Source of the DNA: an uncultured Gammaproteobacteria bacterium
GTDB lineage: Bacteria; Patescibacteriota; Microgenomatia; UBA1406; HO2-37-13b
DNA: 64,000 nt
Direction of reading: 5' to 3'
Assembly (NCBI GenBank): GCA_964413645.1
Contig: CAYPSA010000001.1
Coordinates: 8,389-72,388 of the forward strand
A program made the position numbers and the translations under genes. The notes beneath the pieces are model-generated. The model searched no databases. It was not told the origin of the DNA and saw nothing but the letters and a program-made list of their open reading frames with translations. This document shows, one piece after another, positions 27,153-34,545 of the stretch (positions within the stretch are counted from its first letter, which is position 1; every line of letters starts with the position of its first letter).

Positions 27153-27343
27153 TATACACACTTTTAATTGTCCCAACGCATTAGCTGCGTTACGGACGAT
27201 GTAACAGTTTTTGGCATAATACCCAAAACAGTTTTTTTTGCACTTTAACAACTTGCAGACAAAAAAATTATACGGACGGCTTTTTGGGTATCAAATTCTG
27301 GTATTCAGCAAGCCGTTCGTATTAAAAACAACAATCCCCCCCC

Positions 27344-27387
27344 GACAATCACCCGATTGTCACCAACGACTTCCTAACGGAAGAGAA
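27344..27387 (+). promoter_or_regulatory. Leader block A, copy 1 (two stem-loops plus purine-rich SD), upstream of island ORF1
   Basis: GACAATC-ACCC-GATTGTC, then CTTCC-TAAC-GGAAG; 24-nt identical run shared with copy 2. Confidence 0.7.
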
Positions 27388-27392
27388 AGCGT

Positions 27393-27866
27393 ATGGATAG
27401 AATCATGGGCATCTCGCAGCTCGTGGCCTTTTTCCTGCTTGTCGCGCTAGCCATTTGGACACTCCATCAGAATAGTCGGCTGAAGGCTGATTTGAAGAGA
27501 AGGATAGAAGTGGATAGGGACGTCAAGTTCTATACGTCGCACTTCCTTCACTTCCACATCAATAGAATCATAGAACGTTTCCCACTACAAGGAGATCGGA
27601 AGGAGGTAGTTAAAGCGACTGAGATACGTAAGCTCGTGATGAGGAGACTCATTGAAGAGATCATGCGGTTAAGACCTGCGTCGATCGTACAATGGCTTCC
27701 GATTATTCTCGAGCGGGTACAGAACCTTTCCACCGATGCACGTTGGTGGGATCCAGATCTTGTAATGCTTAGTCGAGATGAGGTTTACAATCTGATCGTC
27801 TACTCGTTAGAACCAACACAACCCGCTCCACAACAGAGCGTACAAGAGGATGGCTCCGCGCAGTAA
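27393..27866 (+). CDS. Island ORF1: hypothetical protein with N-terminal TM helix (157 aa)
   Basis: ORF preceded by leader A; G/C-ending codon preference; no recognisable domain. Confidence 0.55.
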   Translation: MDRIMGISQLVAFFLLVALAIWTLHQNSRLKADLKRRIEVDRDVKFYTSHFLHFHINRIIERFPLQGDRKEVVKATEIRKLVMRRLIEEIMRLRPASIVQWLPIILERVQNLSTDARWWDPDLVMLSRDEVYNLIVYSLEPTQPAPQQSVQEDGSAQ

Positions 27867-27880
27867 TCAGAACTCCCCAC

Positions 27881-27924
27881 GACAATCACCCGATTGTCAC
27901 CAACATCTTCCTAAGGGAAGAGAA
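27881..27924 (+). promoter_or_regulatory. Leader block A, copy 2, upstream of island ORF2
   Basis: 3 mismatches over 44 nt to copy 1; AAGGAG 7 nt before the ATG. Confidence 0.7.
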
Positions 27925-27935
27925 GGAGTAGGACC

Positions 27936-28169
27936 ATGCTTATGCTCGATGCATTGCTCAAGCGGATCTACGATCTGGATAGGGTAGAACAGTTGTTTGC
28001 TGCTGCAATAGTAGTAATAACACTGCTGGAAGATCTGGTCAAAAAGCTTGATGAGCTCAATCTGGTCGAGTCTTACGTCGTGAATCGCATCAACAGCCTC
28101 AAGCTTGATCTGCTGCAGAGCCAATTGGACATGATCACAAGGATAGCTCAAGAAGAAGGAGCTCGTTGA
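27936..28169 (+). CDS. Island ORF2: small Leu-rich, probably helical protein (77 aa)
   Basis: AAGGAG SD at 7-nt spacing; no recognisable domain. Confidence 0.5.
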   Translation: MLMLDALLKRIYDLDRVEQLFAAAIVVITLLEDLVKKLDELNLVESYVVNRINSLKLDLLQSQLDMITRIAQEEGAR

Positions 28170-28179
28170 CGGTTCGGAT

Positions 28180-28237
28180 TTAAGCACTTCGCACCCGCGA
28201 ATTGTCCGCCAGTCGGAAAAAAACAACCATCCGGTCG
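28180..28237 (+). promoter_or_regulatory. Leader block B, copy 1, upstream of island ORF3
   Basis: 16-nt identical core GCGAATTGTCCGCCAG plus flanking similarity (..AAACAAC..TCCGGTCG) shared with copy 2. Confidence 0.7.
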
Positions 28238-28259
28238 TACTGCCAAAAGGAGAATTGCC

Positions 28260-29063
28260 GTGAAGAAGTCGGTCTTGGATCAAGTCAAGCGCGGAACCGC
28301 TGAATGGGTTGTGGGTCATGCCATGTGGCAGAAGAGCCAAGGCAGGAAGCCATCGGAACCCTATGGCAACATCCGCAATCCACAGCACGCGTATCGTGCT
28401 GCATTGTCGGATCTGTTCTACTCGACCCCCCCCGCAGGCAGTTACGTTGATCATTACATCGCATGGATGGTCAAGGTCGCTACCCTCATTCGTTTGCCGA
28501 TGTGCTCGGTTTTCAACGGTGTTAACATCACCGTGTGGCCGGGCGACATCCCTGATGATCTTGCGCGTGCCTATCGCAACGAATGCGAGCGTCGCCACCA
28601 GGAGTACTTGAACTCTCCGGAGTACAAGCTTGCTCTACGGAAAGCCAAGGAAGCCCAGCGTGCACGCAATGCACAGCTAAGGGAATTCCTTGCTGTTGCA
28701 CCCAAGAAGATGACTTGCATTGATGTGCGGTTGTGGCGTGATCTCTACAAGAAGAATACCGACCCCTATGGTCGTGCTATTCTTTCCTACGCCTCACGCT
28801 GGGCTCGAATCATGGAAGGTCAGATCAACAACGGTCGTGTCTTGGAAGACTGTGCTAACGAAGCAAGTCATGTTGGTGATAGCGAAGGCATCACTGGCTT
28901 CATGTATGGCATGGCCGTATTCATCCTGTCACGGGTCTGGGTTCATGGTGACCAGCTTCGACGTTGGCACAACCGCTCAACCCAGATCAGCGACGAAGGC
29001 GATCGTGCAAATGAAGAAGGAGGAGTCTTGAATCCAGCAGTTCTCATCATTGGCGCAAGCTGA
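28260..29063 (+). CDS. Island ORF3: hypothetical protein (267 aa, GTG start)
   Basis: AAGGAG 7 nt upstream of the GTG; Trp/Arg-rich; no recognisable domain. Confidence 0.6.
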   Translation: MKKSVLDQVKRGTAEWVVGHAMWQKSQGRKPSEPYGNIRNPQHAYRAALSDLFYSTPPAGSYVDHYIAWMVKVATLIRLPMCSVFNGVNITVWPGDIPDDLARAYRNECERRHQEYLNSPEYKLALRKAKEAQRARNAQLREFLAVAPKKMTCIDVRLWRDLYKKNTDPYGRAILSYASRWARIMEGQINNGRVLEDCANEASHVGDSEGITGFMYGMAVFILSRVWVHGDQLRRWHNRSTQISDEGDRANEEGGVLNPAVLIIGAS

Positions 29064-29072
29064 TACCAATTC

Positions 29073-29129
29073 TTAGCACTACGCCCCGCGCGAATTGTCC
29101 GCCAGCCGTAATAAAACAACTTCCGGTCG
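29073..29129 (+). promoter_or_regulatory. Leader block B, copy 2, upstream of island ORF4
   Basis: See copy 1. Confidence 0.7.
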
Positions 29130-29153
29130 CATCAATCACGGGAAGGTCCAGTC

Positions 29154-29360
29154 ATGAGAAGTCTCAAGCAGTTCCTCGATGAACACTTCGAGGATAACTA
29201 TGCTGGTCAGCTTGACCAGGCTATCGCCCTTGCACGTGCCTTGTTCGAGACGCTCTCTAAGTTGGGGCGTAATGACGGCATGAGAGATCTCTCCGGACAA
29301 GCCTTCGAGATGATCAAGCGTCTCATTGACGAAATGCACGATCAGTTCGGCTCACGCTGA
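29154..29360 (+). CDS. Island ORF4: small acidic, probably helical protein (68 aa)
   Basis: GGAAGG 7 nt upstream; no recognisable domain; an antisense ORF of equal size also exists. Confidence 0.45.
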   Translation: MRSLKQFLDEHFEDNYAGQLDQAIALARALFETLSKLGRNDGMRDLSGQAFEMIKRLIDEMHDQFGSR

Positions 29361-29406
29361 GTAAACAACCAAATAGCCCACTCCACTGCCCACCCCGGGC
29401 AACTCC

Positions 29407-29427
29407 AATCGTCTTAAAGACGATTTT
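29407..29427 (+). terminator. Hairpin AATCGTC-TTAAA-GACGATT followed by TT
   Basis: 7-bp stem 46 nt after the island ORF4 stop; short U tract. Confidence 0.4.
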
Positions 29428-29456
29428 GCAGAGTCTGCAAGCAACCAAGTGCAATT

Positions 29457-29534
29457 AGAGCACGAGTTTGAAATGGGTAGCTTTCGCTACTTTGTGACTT
29501 CTGTCACCATTTCTATAAACCTCGTGCTCTTTTT
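29457..29534 (+). ncRNA. Branched stem structure ending in a U tract (complex terminator or small structured RNA)
   Basis: P1 AGAGCACGAG/CTCGTGCTCT, P2 GAAATG/CATTTC, hairpins GTAGC-TTTC-GCTAC and GTGAC-TTCT-GTCAC, then TTTTT. Confidence 0.4.
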
Positions 29535-29539
29535 GTATG

Positions 29540-29545
29540 TATAAT
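29540..29545 (+). promoter_or_regulatory. -10 box TATAAT, 6 nt before the radA ATG at 29552
   Basis: Read directly. Confidence 0.5.
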
Positions 29546-29551
29546 ATCCCC

Positions 29552-30838
29552 ATGTCCTACCTGTGTACTTCTTGCGGTGTAACGTCAGCTTCGTGGTACG
29601 GTAAATGCCCTGAATGTAGCAATTGGAACACGCTCGTTGCTCAGGCACCGGTCAACAAAAAAAGTAAAGGATCTGCCAAGTCATCGACCCCTGCAAAAAT
29701 CACTCCTATGTCTAGCATTTCAAGCCTCACCTCAAATCGCATTCCCGTGGGCATTCACGAGGTCGATAGAGTGTTGGGCGGCGGTTTTATGGGTGGGGAA
29801 GTCATTTTGCTTGCTGGCCAGCCAGGAGTAGGAAAATCAACACTCCTTTTATCTGCGCTTACGGGTAAAAGGACACTCTATGTTTCAGGTGAAGAATCTG
29901 GTGAGCAAGTCCGCCACCGCGCCGATCGACTTGGCGTCGATATCAATAATTTCGCCTTTTCCGATACAGTTGCAGTGGAATCATTACTAGAGCTCTTAGA
30001 AAGTAATGCCGCAGACTACGATGTTGTCGTCATCGATTCTATTCAAACCATATACTCAGAATCTATGAAAAACACCTTCGGAAGCACTTCACAAATTAAA
30101 GAAGCAGCAAGCGCGCTTATCGACGTTGCTAAAAAAAAGAACCTCGTTATGATAATTGTAGGCCACATAACCAAAGAAGGCGACATCGCCGGTCCTAAAA
30201 CGCTCGAACATTTGGTCGACTGTGTTCTTTATTTGGAAGGAGCAAAAGACTCGCAATACCGTCTTCTACGAGCCCAAAAAAACCGATTTGGTTCAACCGA
30301 TGAAGTTGGTGTTTTTGAAATGGGCGAGAAAGGACTTAACGAAGTTAAAAATCCTGCGGTTTTCATTAATCAAGCTGCCATCTCCGAGCCTGGCCGAGTA
30401 ATTGTTGCAGTTCCCGAAGGCTCCCGGTCACTTTTTTTTGAAGTTCAATGTCTCGTTGTCCCAACTACCCTCAACTTTCCCCGCCGAGTGGTTTCTGGCG
30501 TTGATTACAATAAAGTACAACTGCTCCTCGCCGTTCTTCAAAAGAATGCGCGCCTACCGCTCGATAAATTTGATGTCTATGTTAATGTTGTTGGGGGAAT
30601 TTCGATTAAGTCTACTGCGGCGGATTTGGGAGTAGTTACCGCAATTTTTTCTTCAATTAAAAATAAGCCTGTTTCTTCAAAATCGGTATTTACCGGTGAA
30701 ATTGGGCTACTTGGGGAAGTGCGTGCGGTTCTTGGAGAAGAAAAGCTGATCAAAGAAGCAAGTCGCTTCGGATTTTCCAAAGTCTATTCTTCAAAAAATC
30801 TCACATCAGTAAACGCCATTGCATCGGTTCTGAAATAG
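29552..30838 (+). CDS. radA: DNA repair protein RadA/Sms
   Basis: Zn finger CTSCGV..CPEC, Walker A GQPGVGKST, KNRFG motif, Lon-like C-terminus; start trimmed to MSYLCTSCG. Confidence 0.93.
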   Translation: MSYLCTSCGVTSASWYGKCPECSNWNTLVAQAPVNKKSKGSAKSSTPAKITPMSSISSLTSNRIPVGIHEVDRVLGGGFMGGEVILLAGQPGVGKSTLLLSALTGKRTLYVSGEESGEQVRHRADRLGVDINNFAFSDTVAVESLLELLESNAADYDVVVIDSIQTIYSESMKNTFGSTSQIKEAASALIDVAKKKNLVMIIVGHITKEGDIAGPKTLEHLVDCVLYLEGAKDSQYRLLRAQKNRFGSTDEVGVFEMGEKGLNEVKNPAVFINQAAISEPGRVIVAVPEGSRSLFFEVQCLVVPTTLNFPRRVVSGVDYNKVQLLLAVLQKNARLPLDKFDVYVNVVGGISIKSTAADLGVVTAIFSSIKNKPVSSKSVFTGEIGLLGEVRAVLGEEKLIKEASRFGFSKVYSSKNLTSVNAIASVLK

Positions 30839-30842
30839 TCCC

Positions 30843-30871
30843 TTGCAAATCCACACATTGTTCGTTATAAT
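30843..30871 (+). promoter_or_regulatory. Sigma-70-type promoter of tuf (TTGCAA - 17 nt - TATAAT)
   Basis: -35 at 30843-30848, -10 at 30866-30871; about 45-nt AT-rich leader without SD. Confidence 0.6.
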
Positions 30872-30920
30872 TCAGTTTTAGTCATTACAAATTATTAATT
30901 TCAATTAATCAAACAAAACT

Positions 30921-32105
30921 ATGGCACAGGACAAATTTGATCGTAATAAACCTCATTTGAACATTGGAACCATTGGTCACGTCGATCATGGTAAAACTAC
31001 GTTAACATCGGCTATTCATACCGTTCTTTCTAAAAAAGGTCTTGCAAAGGCCATGAAATACGAAGAAATTGATAAAGCTCCTGAAGAAAAAGCTCGAGGA
31101 GTAACCATTAACATTCATCACTCTGAATACGAAACCATGAAGCGTCACTATGCTCATATTGATGCTCCAGGACACGCTGATTACATTAAGAACATGATTA
31201 CCGGTGCCGCTCAAATGGACGGTGCTATCTTGGTCGTTTCAGCTCCCGATGGACCAATGCCACAAACCCGAGAACACTTGCTCTTGGCTCAACAGGTTAA
31301 CGTTCCTGCAATTGTCGTTTTCTTAAACAAATGCGACATGGTCAAAGATCCAGAAATTCTCGAATTGGTCGAAATGGAAGTCCGCGACTTGCTTAGCAAG
31401 TATGGCTACCCAGGAGACACCACACCTATCATTCGAGGTTCAGCTCTTAAGGCAATCGAAGGCGATGCAGAAGCTGAAAAAGCTATCGAATCGCTCATGG
31501 ACACAGTTGATGAATTTGTCCCAGAACCAACTCGTGATGTTGATAAACCATTCCTTATGCCAGTTGAAGACGTCTTCACCATTCAAGGTCGAGGAACTGT
31601 CGTAACCGGTCGTGTTGAACGAGGAATCTTGAAACTTAACGAAGAAGTAGAAATCGTTGGGCTTAAAGAAACCCAAAAAACAGTCGTAACTGGTATCGAA
31701 ATGTTCAAGAAATTACTTGACGAAGCTCGAGCCGGCGACAACGTTGGACTTCTTATTCGAGGAATCGAAAAAGAACAAGTCGAACGTGGACAAGTTATTG
31801 CTAAGCCAAAGTCAATCACCCCACATACTGAATTCGAGGCTGAAATCTATGTCTTGAAGAAAGAAGAAGGTGGTCGACACAGCCCATTCTTCACTGGATA
31901 TCGTCCACAGTTCTACATCCGAACTACCGACGTTACCGGAGAAGTTACTTTAGACAAATCAATTGAAATGGTTATGCCTGGTGATAACGTAAAAATTAAC
32001 GCCAAGCTTATCTACCCAGTTGCTTTGGAAGAAGGCCTGAAGTTTGCTATTCGCGAAGGCGGACATACCGTTGGAGCAGGAGTAGTAACCAAGGTTACTA
32101 AATAA
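30921..32105 (+). CDS. tuf: Elongation factor Tu
   Basis: [21 protein letters not shown] motifs; 394 aa. Confidence 0.98.
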   Translation: MAQDKFDRNKPHLNIGTIGHVDHGKTTLTSAIHTVLSKKGLAKAMKYEEIDKAPEEKARGVTINIHHSEYETMKRHYAHIDAPGHADYIKNMITGAAQMDGAILVVSAPDGPMPQTREHLLLAQQVNVPAIVVFLNKCDMVKDPEILELVEMEVRDLLSKYGYPGDTTPIIRGSALKAIEGDAEAEKAIESLMDTVDEFVPEPTRDVDKPFLMPVEDVFTIQGRGTVVTGRVERGILKLNEEVEIVGLKETQKTVVTGIEMFKKLLDEARAGDNVGLLIRGIEKEQVERGQVIAKPKSITPHTEFEAEIYVLKKEEGGRHSPFFTGYRPQFYIRTTDVTGEVTLDKSIEMVMPGDNVKINAKLIYPVALEEGLKFAIREGGHTVGAGVVTKVTK

Positions 32106-32117
32106 GAATTTAAACGC

Positions 32118-32146
32118 TATAGGGGGCGGGGAAACCTGCCCCTATA
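32118..32146 (+). promoter_or_regulatory. Hairpin TATAGGGG...CCCCTATA between tuf and rpsJ, no U tract
   Basis: 8-bp stem read directly. Confidence 0.35.
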
Positions 32147-32173
32147 AGCTAATTGCACATTAATAAAACGTAT

Positions 32174-32485
32174 ATGCCAAAAGGCAAAATAAGAATACGA
32201 CTTAAATCGTACGACCACAGACTAATCGATGAAACCTGTCAAAAACTGGTAGATACTGCTACCAAAACAGGAGCATCATTTGTTGGACCTATTCCATTGC
32301 CTACTAAAAAGGAAGTATACGTTGTTCAAAAAGCAACATTCATCGACAAAGATAGCCGCGAACACTTCGGACTCAAAATTCATAAACGCCTGATCGACAT
32401 CGTCAATCCAACCAATCAGACCATCGACTCACTTATGCATCTCGATCTTCCTGCCGGAGTCAATATTGAGGTTAAGATGGGGTAA
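32174..32485 (+). CDS. rpsJ: 30S ribosomal protein S10
   Basis: [19 protein letters not shown].. S10 sequence; start trimmed to ATG 32174. Confidence 0.96.
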   Translation: MPKGKIRIRLKSYDHRLIDETCQKLVDTATKTGASFVGPIPLPTKKEVYVVQKATFIDKDSREHFGLKIHKRLIDIVNPTNQTIDSLMHLDLPAGVNIEVKMG

Positions 32486-33541
32486 ATGGAAAATACAGAT
32501 AGAGAATCAAAGGTAGAAACTCATGGATGGCAAACAACTTCTATTGCATTACCTACCGCACAGCAAATACAAGCCTTGACCGAACGCGTAGATGTTAATT
32601 GGCTACCAACTCATGTAAGGAGACCGTTAGATGAATTAAAAAGGTTTGCAGAAACTCCTGATTGTGCTATGATCGTGTTAAGACCGCCTTTAGGTCTTGG
32701 CGATAAAGTAATTCACCTGCGACATGTTGTTGGATATGCTCGCCATTTTCCTGATAAACAGTTTTTTTTACATCCCGAACATATTCCTCTGTATGGACGA
32801 TTTGATTTGCCTTCAAACGTGGTTGTCGAAAATAAAGAACCAGAAAAAAGTGTAATACCTATAGATCTGTATGAGCTCAGTCAGCCATATGAAAGGTCTG
32901 GACAAATGTCAATTTTCCGTGACTTGGCTTTAATGAGTGCATTATCGACCGTTACGGAAATAGACGTTTCTTTATATGATAAGCCGATTGTTAATCTTGA
33001 TGAAAATCTACTAAATATGCCACCGACGCATGATGTCATTATTTTTCCAGATGCATTTGAAATCGAAGAGGACGCTGGTTCATATTTCAAATCACAGAAA
33101 TCAATTGATGCAACAAAATGGCGTATGATATTCGATCGCTTGTCCAAAGAATTACGAATTGCGCTGGTTATAGGTACATCACACGAGGAATATTGTGCAG
33201 ATGTCATTGATCAAGCTGACCGAAGCGGATATGGGGTAACAGTAGTGCGGGGTAATCTTGATCACGTGATGAATGCTATATTGAAAGCTCATAAATTTGT
33301 GGGTATGGATTCTGGAACGACACATCTGGCAGCGCAAGTTATTCGAGCGGCGCAGTTAAAGGGTCGAACCATTGCATTTCGCGAATTAATGGCCCCAATT
33401 TTTTCATTGCAATCGTATGGAATTACTGGTGCAGCGTTTAAGACTCTTAACTATCAAGATGCAGGAAGATGGGATCTTGATTTAAGAGTATCTATGTCCG
33501 ACATTGATCCTCAACTCGCTGCTGATTTTATCATGTCTTAA
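32486..33541 (+). CDS. Glycosyltransferase family 9 (heptosyltransferase)-like protein inserted in the S10 operon
   Basis: ATG directly follows the rpsJ TAA; N-terminal LRPPLGLGDKVIHLRHVVGYARHFPD and C-terminal GMDSGTTHLAAQ resemble GT9 motifs (R.S.LGD...; GNDSGPMHLAAA). Confidence 0.5.
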   Translation: MENTDRESKVETHGWQTTSIALPTAQQIQALTERVDVNWLPTHVRRPLDELKRFAETPDCAMIVLRPPLGLGDKVIHLRHVVGYARHFPDKQFFLHPEHIPLYGRFDLPSNVVVENKEPEKSVIPIDLYELSQPYERSGQMSIFRDLALMSALSTVTEIDVSLYDKPIVNLDENLLNMPPTHDVIIFPDAFEIEEDAGSYFKSQKSIDATKWRMIFDRLSKELRIALVIGTSHEEYCADVIDQADRSGYGVTVVRGNLDHVMNAILKAHKFVGMDSGTTHLAAQVIRAAQLKGRTIAFRELMAPIFSLQSYGITGAAFKTLNYQDAGRWDLDLRVSMSDIDPQLAADFIMS

Positions 33542-33582
33542 CCCCCTGCATTCTTCCCCTTTATTTTCTCGCACTCTTCATG

Positions 33583-33588
33583 TATAAT
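33583..33588 (+). promoter_or_regulatory. -10 box TATAAT in the 168-nt spacer before rplC
   Basis: CATGTATAAT; weak -35. Confidence 0.35.
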
Positions 33589-33661
33589 TTCCATTAATGA
33601 CGAATTGGTTGTCATCAAACGACGTTTAAGACTTTTCAGATTGAGCGAGCCTCAGTAATAA

Positions 33662-33685
33662 GGCCCCAATCTGGGGTCTTTTTTT
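33662..33685 (+). terminator. Intrinsic terminator/attenuator GGCCCCA-ATC-TGGGGTC followed by T7, 25 nt upstream of rplC
   Basis: 7-bp GC-rich stem followed by seven T. Confidence 0.6.
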
Positions 33686-33709
33686 GTGTTACGTATTTAG
33701 CGTACAAAT

Positions 33710-34543
33710 ATGATTGGTTTTATACTAGGAAAAAAAGGAATTACAAAACGAATGTTTGACGAAAAAGGAAATCAAATTCCTGTCACGCATATCAGCACCA
33801 AACCTTGTTACGTGGTGGCTGTTACAAAAAATCCAGCTGGTACTCCTATGTCTGTTAAGTTGGGTTTTTGGGAAAGCAAAAACGTCTCAAAACCACAACT
33901 TGGAGAACTCACCGCAGCGGGCATTAAAACCCCGCTTCGTTTTTTTAAGGAAATCCGTATTGATAAAAAGCTAACTCGTGCCGGACAAACAGTCGAAATG
34001 ATTGAAAGCAATGGTAAAACCGGACTTAAAATTGGACAACATGAATTATTTGCTGGAAGTGAAATTAAACCTTCACAATTGTTTGAGCTTGGAAATCTTG
34101 TTTCAGTTACCGGAACTTCCAAAGGTAAAGGATTTGCTGGCGTTGTAAAACGTCACAAGTTTGCCGGTGGTCCTCGAACACATGGTCAGTCTGATCGTGA
34201 ACGAGCTCCCGGATCAATTGGAATGGGAACCACTCCAGGTCGTGTTTTTAAAGGTAAACGCATGGCAGGTCGTATGGGTTCTGATAGAACAACCGTATTT
34301 GGATTAGCAGTTGTAGAAACCACCGATGATGAATTATGGGTAAAAGGATTAGTTCCAGGCCCTAAAGGAACATTATTGGAAATTGTTACACTTGACGCCA
34401 AACACGAAGCTCCTATTGTTGAAGAAGTAATTGAAGAGCAAGTCGAAGTTGCTGAGCCAGTTGCAGAAGTGGCTCCAGAAGCTCCTGCTGAAGAAGTAAC
34501 AAGTGCAGAACCATCAGAAGTTATATCTGAAGAAAAAGCATAA
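33710..34543 (+). CDS. rplC: 50S ribosomal protein L3, with acidic C-terminal extension
   Basis: L3 core (GKGFAGVVKRHKFAGGPRTHG); about 45-aa E/A/P-rich tail. Confidence 0.96.
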   Translation: MIGFILGKKGITKRMFDEKGNQIPVTHISTKPCYVVAVTKNPAGTPMSVKLGFWESKNVSKPQLGELTAAGIKTPLRFFKEIRIDKKLTRAGQTVEMIESNGKTGLKIGQHELFAGSEIKPSQLFELGNLVSVTGTSKGKGFAGVVKRHKFAGGPRTHGQSDRERAPGSIGMGTTPGRVFKGKRMAGRMGSDRTTVFGLAVVETTDDELWVKGLVPGPKGTLLEIVTLDAKHEAPIVEEVIEEQVEVAEPVAEVAPEAPAEEVTSAEPSEVISEEKA

Positions 34544-34545
34544 TT

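Noticed and set aside
27897-28598. 233-aa minus-strand ORF spanning island ORF2 and the start of ORF3
   Set aside because: It is Cys/Trp-rich and its sequence looks implausible as a protein. It is antisense to two plus-strand ORFs that each have a conserved leader block and an AAGGAG SD at 7-nt spacing, and it has no start signal of its own.
27344-29129. Integron-like cassette array (leader blocks as attC sites)
   Set aside because: There is no IntI integrase or attI nearby. I could not find the RYYYAAC/GTTRRRY core sites in the blocks, and the blocks carry SD sequences consistent with 5' leaders rather than 3' recombination sites.
29136-29339. 67-aa minus-strand ORF mirroring island ORF4
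   Set aside because: The plus-strand ORF is preferred because it follows leader block B with an SD-like GGAAGG at 7-nt spacing. The antisense alternative cannot be fully excluded from sequence alone.
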